Source of the DNA: Desulfuromonadales bacterium
GTDB taxonomy: Bacteria > Desulfobacterota > Desulfuromonadia > Desulfuromonadales > SZUA-540
DNA length: 64,000 nucleotides
NCBI GenBank assembly: GCA_033549025.1
Contig: JAWSUS010000013.1
Span: 20,672 to 84,671, forward strand
Direction: 5' to 3'
The notes under the pieces are model-generated. The model was not told the DNA's origin. It was given only the letters and a program-made list of their open reading frames with translations, and searched no databases. Positions 58,914-64,000 of the stretch are shown here, in pieces. The position numbers were made by a program, and so were the translations under genes. The number at the start of each line of letters is the position of its first letter. The first letter of the stretch is position 1.

Positions 58914-60608
58914 CTACTCCTGGATATCGAGTTCCTCGATCTTGCGGTAGATGGTGCGTCGGCTGATGCCGAGAAGCCGCGCCGTCTTGGCTTTGTTCCA
59001 GCCACACTTTTCCAGCGCCTGGCGGATGGTTGCCGACTCGTTCTCATCTTCCCGCAGATGACGGCTTCCCGCGCCGGGAACATGGGGGCTCAGGTCGGGA
59101 GGCAAATGCTCGGACAGGATGAGGGTGCCGGGGCAGAGAATGAAGGCGTGTTCCATGACGTGTTCGAGCTCCCGCACGTTGCCGGGCCATTCGTAGGACA
59201 TGAAAAAGCGCATGACCTCGTCGGACACGCCCCGGATATCCCGCTGGAACCTTCCATTGAAGCGCTGAACAAAAAAATCGACCAGCAGGGGGATATCTGA
59301 CCGCCTTTCCCGCAGGGGCGGCAGAGCCAGGGTGACGACCTTCAACCGGTAGAACAGGTCTTCGCGAAATTCACCGCGCTTGATTTTTTCCGGCAGATTC
59401 TGATTGGTGGCGGCGACCACACGCACATCGACATCAATAGGACGGGTGCCGCCGACCCTTTCCACCTTGCGCTCCTGCAACACGCGCAGCAGACGGACCT
59501 GCATGGCCGGGGAAATGTCCCCGATCTCATCCAGAAAGATGGTGCCGCCGTCAGCCATCTCGAATCGTCCCGCCTTGTCGCGGATGGCCCCGGTAAAGGC
59601 CCCTTTGACATGGCCGAAGAGTTCGCTTTCCAGCAGATTTTCCGTCAGGGCGGCACAATTGACCTTGACCAGCGGCCCCTGTCGTCTGGCCCCCTGGTAG
59701 TGCAAGGCGTCGGCAATAAGCTCTTTCCCCGTGCCGCTTTCGCCGGTGATCAGCACGGTGCTGGGCACATTCGCCAGTTTTTCCAGCAGGGTGTAGACCT
59801 CCTGCATCCGGTCACTGCCGCCTATCAGCTTATGAAAAGACGTACGCTCCTTGAGATCCCGCTCCAGAGTGTGCAGACGGGTTTCATCGCGGATGACCAG
59901 CACGGCGCCATAGGTGGCCCCCTCACCGTTGATCAGAGGCGCCGCCGTGGCCGAGACAACCTGGGCGGCTCGGCCTGGACGCTGACACTCAAAGCGGGGG
60001 AGATCGACGGGCGCGTTCTGTTGCAGGGTTTCTGCCAGCGCCTCGCGGCAGCGCCCCTGGCAGTCGAGGGAGAGGCTGGTGAAATCCTGTCCCTCCATAG
60101 CGGAATCCAACCCGCAGAGACCGCCGGCCGCAGAATTCATGCGGACGATGTGCAAGCCGGAATCGACCGTCACGATCCCCTCCGAAACGCTGCGGAAGAT
60201 CGCGTCAAGATCGGCCTGGTACTTTTTCTTTTCGTCGTTGATGTTCTTGTAGCGCAAGGCGATCTGGGTCGTCCGCAGCAGGACATCCTGCGTAACAGGC
60301 TTGGACAGGTAATCGAAGGCTCCCAACCGCACCGCCTCCCGGGCCGTGTCTACCCCCGGGAAACCCGTAATCATGATGACCGGTACATCGAGCCCCTGCG
60401 CCCTGACTTCCTGCAGAATATCGATGCCGCTGTCGCCGCCGAGCAGGATGTCGCTAAAGACGAGATCGACGCCCCCGGCCGCCAATCGGACCATGGCCTC
60501 TTCATAGCTGGCCGCCGTCTCTACGGCATATCCCGCCTCGACCAGGAAGCTGGAGAAGGTAAAGCGGATGCTCTCCTCGTCATCAATGATCAGTATCTTC
60601 TGAGCCAT
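58914..60608 (-). CDS. sigma54-dependent response regulator (REC, PAS, AAA+, HTH)
   Basis: IDDE, FSDILL, GESGTGKE, GAFTGA, WPGNVREL, ARLLGISRRTIYRK. Confidence 0.96.
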   Translation of the reverse strand: MAQKILIIDDEESIRFTFSSFLVEAGYAVETAASYEEAMVRLAAGGVDLVFSDILLGGDSGIDILQEVRAQGLDVPVIMITGFPGVDTAREAVRLGAFDYLSKPVTQDVLLRTTQIALRYKNINDEKKKYQADLDAIFRSVSEGIVTVDSGLHIVRMNSAAGGLCGLDSAMEGQDFTSLSLDCQGRCREALAETLQQNAPVDLPRFECQRPGRAAQVVSATAAPLINGEGATYGAVLVIRDETRLHTLERDLKERTSFHKLIGGSDRMQEVYTLLEKLANVPSTVLITGESGTGKELIADALHYQGARRQGPLVKVNCAALTENLLESELFGHVKGAFTGAIRDKAGRFEMADGGTIFLDEIGDISPAMQVRLLRVLQERKVERVGGTRPIDVDVRVVAATNQNLPEKIKRGEFREDLFYRLKVVTLALPPLRERRSDIPLLVDFFVQRFNGRFQRDIRGVSDEVMRFFMSYEWPGNVRELEHVMEHAFILCPGTLILSEHLPPDLSPHVPGAGSRHLREDENESATIRQALEKCGWNKAKTARLLGISRRTIYRKIEELDIQE

Positions 60609-62514
60609 CAGGGCGGTCTCCTTTCGATGCGGCAGCGGGCAGATCCATCACGACCCGGGTAAATTGTCCTTCCACGCTGTCAAAGACCAGGCGGCCGTCG
60701 TGATCCTTGACGATGCCATGGCTGATGCTCAGTCCGAGGCCGGTCCCCTTGTCGTGCGGTTTTGTTGAGAAAAACGGGTTGGTGATGCGTTCGATGATTT
60801 CTGCCGGGATGCCGGTACCCTGGTCGTAGAGCGTCATGCGAACAAAGGGGCGGCCGCCCAGGCAGAGTGTTTCACCCGACAGGCGCATGACCTTCTCCGG
60901 ATGCGCGCCGGCGTACTTTTCGTTGAGTGCATAGCGGGCGTTGCTGATCAGGTTGAGGAAAACCTGCTGAATCTGCTGCTTCAAGGCGAAAACGGGCGGA
61001 AGGTGCTCGGGCAGCTGCAATTCAAAATGGATACCGTCCTTACGCAGCTGCGCTTCCACCAGAGCCAGCGAGTCGGCGAGGATCTCCTCCACGGCGACCG
61101 GGGCCTTCCTGTCCTTGCGCTCGCGTGCAAAAGAAAGGAGGTTGCGGACGATGGTGGCCACCCGGTCACTCTCCCGGATGATGCGCAGACTGATGTCCCG
61201 CTCCGGACTCTGTTCCGCGGCCTTGTTGGCCAGAATCTGGGCGTAATTGATGATGCCGTTGATGGGGTTGTTGATTTCGTGGGCCACACCGGCCGCCAGC
61301 TCCCCCAGGGCGGCCAGGTGCCCGGCGCGGATCGTTTCGGTCTGCAGGCGGATTTTTTCGGTAATGTCATGAGCCAGCTCGATGACGTTGCTCACCCGTC
61401 CCATCTCGTCCTTGATGGGGAAGGTTCGCATCCCCCAGATACGGCCATCGGCCGTCGGCATGTGTCCTGTCTCGGTCTTGCCACTCTGGAGGCTGCGAAT
61501 GGCGTGGCAGTCATCGCAGGGGGTGGCCCGGTGGTGCCACACTTCGTGGCAGCTCTTGCCGACCATGTCCGCCGCCCGCCCCTTGATGGCCCGGGCGGCG
61601 CCCCGGTTGGCCCAGAGGATTTTCAGCTCAGGGGTCAGCACCATGAGAGGATCGGGGATACCGTCAAAAAGGGTTCGGAACTGTTCGAGCAGACGGCGAT
61701 TCTCCATTTCACTCTTGCGCAGACTCTCTTCGGCCCGTTTGCGCTCGGAGATGTCCCTGGCGATAGCCAGCACCGTCTGACGCCCGCTCAGTTCGAAGAG
61801 GTGGGCATTGATCTCGAAGGGGATGATCTGCTGGTGCTTGGTCATCACGTCGAGTTCCACGACACCGTGCCTGTCCCGCAGCACCATGTCGGTCAATCGG
61901 TCGAGCTGGGCCCTGGTTCGAGCCGAAATAAAATCGGATGGCGTGAGGTCCTGCAGTTCCTCCCGCGAATAGCCCAACTTCTGCACCGCGACGGTGTTGG
62001 CCTCGATGAAACGCCCCGGTTGATCGCCCTGGGGCAGTTGATAAACGCAAATGACGTCATTGCCGCTATTGAAGAGGACGCGGTAGCGTTCCTCATTGCG
62101 CTTGAGATCCTCCATGGCCTTGCCGGCCCGCAGCATGTAGCGGATGCGCTGTCCCAGAATCGGCCATTTGATCGGCTTGGTGACAAAATCCGTGGCTCCC
62201 GCCTCATAACCCTGCCGGATCGAGTCCACGTCCTCCAGGCCGGTCATCATAATGATGGGGACACCGGCGCCACCCTCCACCTGCCGCATTGCGGCGCAGG
62301 TGGTAAACCCGTCCCTTTTGGGCATGACCACATCCAGAAGCACGACATCGGGTTTTTGGCGCGTAAACAGCGCCAACCCCTCCTCGCCATCGGCCGCTTC
62401 TTGGACGGTAAAGCCTTCGGCCTGCAACGCCTCCCGCACCAGACGGCGAATGATAACATCGTCATCAATGACCAGAATCCTTGATTGGCGTGATGCTTCC
62501 GGGTCAGGCAGCAT
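60583..62514 (-). CDS. Cytoplasmic histidine kinase (REC, PAS, PAS, HisKA, HATPase)
   Basis: IDDD, LLDVVMP; AHEINNP, NLISNARYA, DQGTGI, GTGLGLS; no TM. Confidence 0.95.
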   Translation of the reverse strand: MLPDPEASRQSRILVIDDDVIIRRLVREALQAEGFTVQEAADGEEGLALFTRQKPDVVLLDVVMPKRDGFTTCAAMRQVEGGAGVPIIMMTGLEDVDSIRQGYEAGATDFVTKPIKWPILGQRIRYMLRAGKAMEDLKRNEERYRVLFNSGNDVICVYQLPQGDQPGRFIEANTVAVQKLGYSREELQDLTPSDFISARTRAQLDRLTDMVLRDRHGVVELDVMTKHQQIIPFEINAHLFELSGRQTVLAIARDISERKRAEESLRKSEMENRRLLEQFRTLFDGIPDPLMVLTPELKILWANRGAARAIKGRAADMVGKSCHEVWHHRATPCDDCHAIRSLQSGKTETGHMPTADGRIWGMRTFPIKDEMGRVSNVIELAHDITEKIRLQTETIRAGHLAALGELAAGVAHEINNPINGIINYAQILANKAAEQSPERDISLRIIRESDRVATIVRNLLSFARERKDRKAPVAVEEILADSLALVEAQLRKDGIHFELQLPEHLPPVFALKQQIQQVFLNLISNARYALNEKYAGAHPEKVMRLSGETLCLGGRPFVRMTLYDQGTGIPAEIIERITNPFFSTKPHDKGTGLGLSISHGIVKDHDGRLVFDSVEGQFTRVVMDLPAAASKGDRPDGSEDTDH

Positions 62515-62683
62515 AAATTCATTCCCCTTGAATTTTCTTTCTTCGGTCTCAGCCGATTGTTAACCAATTTCCACCGATATTCCAGAAAAACCTTTTTTCC
62601 AGGCCTTACCTGCGGTTTTGTTCGTTTTTTTATTATGTTCATTTTTTGTGAATGACTATTTAAACTATATGACAGGGTCTTTC

Positions 62684-62712
62684 TTGACCGATTTTGCACC
62701 ATGCATTAGAAT
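62684..62712 (+). promoter_or_regulatory. sigma70 promoter of ferredoxin
   Basis: TTGACC-17bp-TAGAAT. Confidence 0.7.
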
Positions 62713-62791
62713 CACCGGGCCCATTGGCAACGACGGAACCCGCGTCCCTAAGCATCACTGCCACAATCAATACAAATGAGAGGATTTCCCC

Positions 62792-62971
62792 ATGAAAATC
62801 GCCGTTAATCCTGACTTGTGCCGCGGCACAGGCGACTGCGCCAAGTCCTGCCCCATGGACGCCATTGCAATTCAGGAAGGAAAAGCTCATATCGACTTGG
62901 ACCGCTGCGATCTCGACGGGATCTGCATTGCGGCCTGCCCCGAACACGCCATCCAGTTCATCGAAGACTAA
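62792..62971 (+). CDS. Small dicluster-type ferredoxin (59 aa) with non-canonical ligands
   Basis: Hand translation MKIAVNPDLCRGTGDCAKSCPMDAIAIQEGKAHIDLDRCDLDGICIAACPEHAIQFIED; GAGAGG SD; not in ORF track. Confidence 0.92.
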   Translation: MKIAVNPDLCRGTGDCAKSCPMDAIAIQEGKAHIDLDRCDLDGICIAACPEHAIQFIED

Positions 62972-63004
62972 GATGTTCACTGACGCCCAGACCGACGCTA
63001 CGCC

Positions 63005-63712
63005 ATGAACCTCATCCTGCTTTTCCCGGAAGACTTTATCGCCGCCGATACGGTCCGGCTCACCGGGAGACGACAACAGCACATTCGCGATGTGCACCGT
63101 GCCGGCGAGGGGGATACTTTATGCGTCGGGCTGGAAGGTGGCGGCATCGGGGCTGGGCTCATCCGCAGGTGGAACGAGCAGGGGATCGAAATGCAGGTCT
63201 CTTTTGAGGCCCAACCGCCCCCCAAAATGCCCCTCATTCTCGTGCTGGCCCTGCCCCGCCCCAAAGTCCTCAAAAGGATCCTGATTGCCGCCACCACTTT
63301 AGGGGTCGAACAAATCCACCTCATCCATTCCTGGCGGGTGGAAAAGAGTTTCTGGCACAGCGACCTGCTGAAACCCGACGCCTTGCGCGAACCACTGGTC
63401 CTTGGGCTCGAACAGGCCAAGGACACCATCATCCCCTCCATTGAGCTGCATCGCTTCTTCAAGCCTTTCGTGCAGGATGTTCTCCCACTTCTCAGCGCCG
63501 ATTCCCGACGTCTGGTGGCTCACCCGACCGCCGCATCGCCCTGTCCCCGGAATTTGGGGGAAAGGACTACGCTGGCGATAGGGCCCGAGGGGGGCTTCAT
63601 CCCCTACGAAGTTGAACTGCTGGCTTCGGAAGGCTTTGCGCCGGTCCACTGCGGCCCCCGCATCCTCCGAGTTGAAACGGCGGTTCCCGCCCTGATTTCA
63701 CGCCTCTTCTGA
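63005..63712 (+). CDS. rsmE: 16S rRNA m3U1498 methyltransferase RsmE family
   Basis: LALPRPK, LGV..I, GLEQ..D, IGPEGGF..E, GPRILRVETA. Confidence 0.92.
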   Translation: MNLILLFPEDFIAADTVRLTGRRQQHIRDVHRAGEGDTLCVGLEGGGIGAGLIRRWNEQGIEMQVSFEAQPPPKMPLILVLALPRPKVLKRILIAATTLGVEQIHLIHSWRVEKSFWHSDLLKPDALREPLVLGLEQAKDTIIPSIELHRFFKPFVQDVLPLLSADSRRLVAHPTAASPCPRNLGERTTLAIGPEGGFIPYEVELLASEGFAPVHCGPRILRVETAVPALISRLF

Positions 63713-64000
63713 CCCCCTGCCCCCGCGATACGCCCATGCGCCAGTCCCGCGCGCCAGGGGCACACAAATGGTACATTTCCCACCGCATCACTACCAGACC
63801 GACTCAGCCGCGGACCTTTCCAGTCGACCAACAGACAAGACCCCCTCATCTACTATCTCTTTTTCACAAATCATTTCATATACTTTTGGCTTATGGGCTC
63901 GATTTCCGGGGCTTAATTTTAATTGTTAGATCTGAACGCGTTGTTTACACTTTTAAGCCATAGAAATGATCCAGCAACTTTTCGTATGGCGTTAGATCGT

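Noticed and set aside
61504..61518. CDDCH as a heme-c site in the kinase
   Set aside because: The protein has no TM or signal peptide, and heme c is attached outside the cytoplasm; treated as part of the PAS Cys motif.
63713..64000. AT-rich tail with loose inverted repeats
   Set aside because: Probably the regulatory region of a gene beyond the window; nothing specific can be supported.

Overview
GC-rich core-chromosome window from an anaerobic deltaproteobacterium; gene content suggests a Desulfuromonas/Geobacter-like organism (inference). No mobile element, prophage or CRISPR array is visible. Contents in order: a class III ribonucleotide reductase split into a large NrdD and a separate small ORF carrying the glycyl-radical loop; nikR plus an ECF Ni/Co transporter lacking its substrate-binding subunit; a sigma54-driven chemosensory operon (pseudo-receiver, soluble MCP, cheY, STAS, cheA, cheW, MCP, cheR, cheD, cheB) flanked by a heme-c sensor kinase/NtrC-type activator pair and a heme-c GGDEF-EAL protein; liv and polar amino-acid ABC transporters; azlCD; housekeeping genes (pcm, ylqF/rbgA, cbiET, cobC, yihA, ferritins, selU, tRNA-fMet, rsmE); a second chemoreceptor cluster, including a heme-c plus hemerythrin receptor, with its own sigma54 two-component system; and several small Cys-rich ORFs absent from, or over-extended in, the ORF track. 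The strongest leads are the split NrdD, a three-site enhancer plus sigma54 promoter layout repeated at two loci 35 kb apart, and a set of heme-c/hemerythrin/CZB sensors feeding chemotaxis. Family assignments come from motif recognition only; no searches were run.
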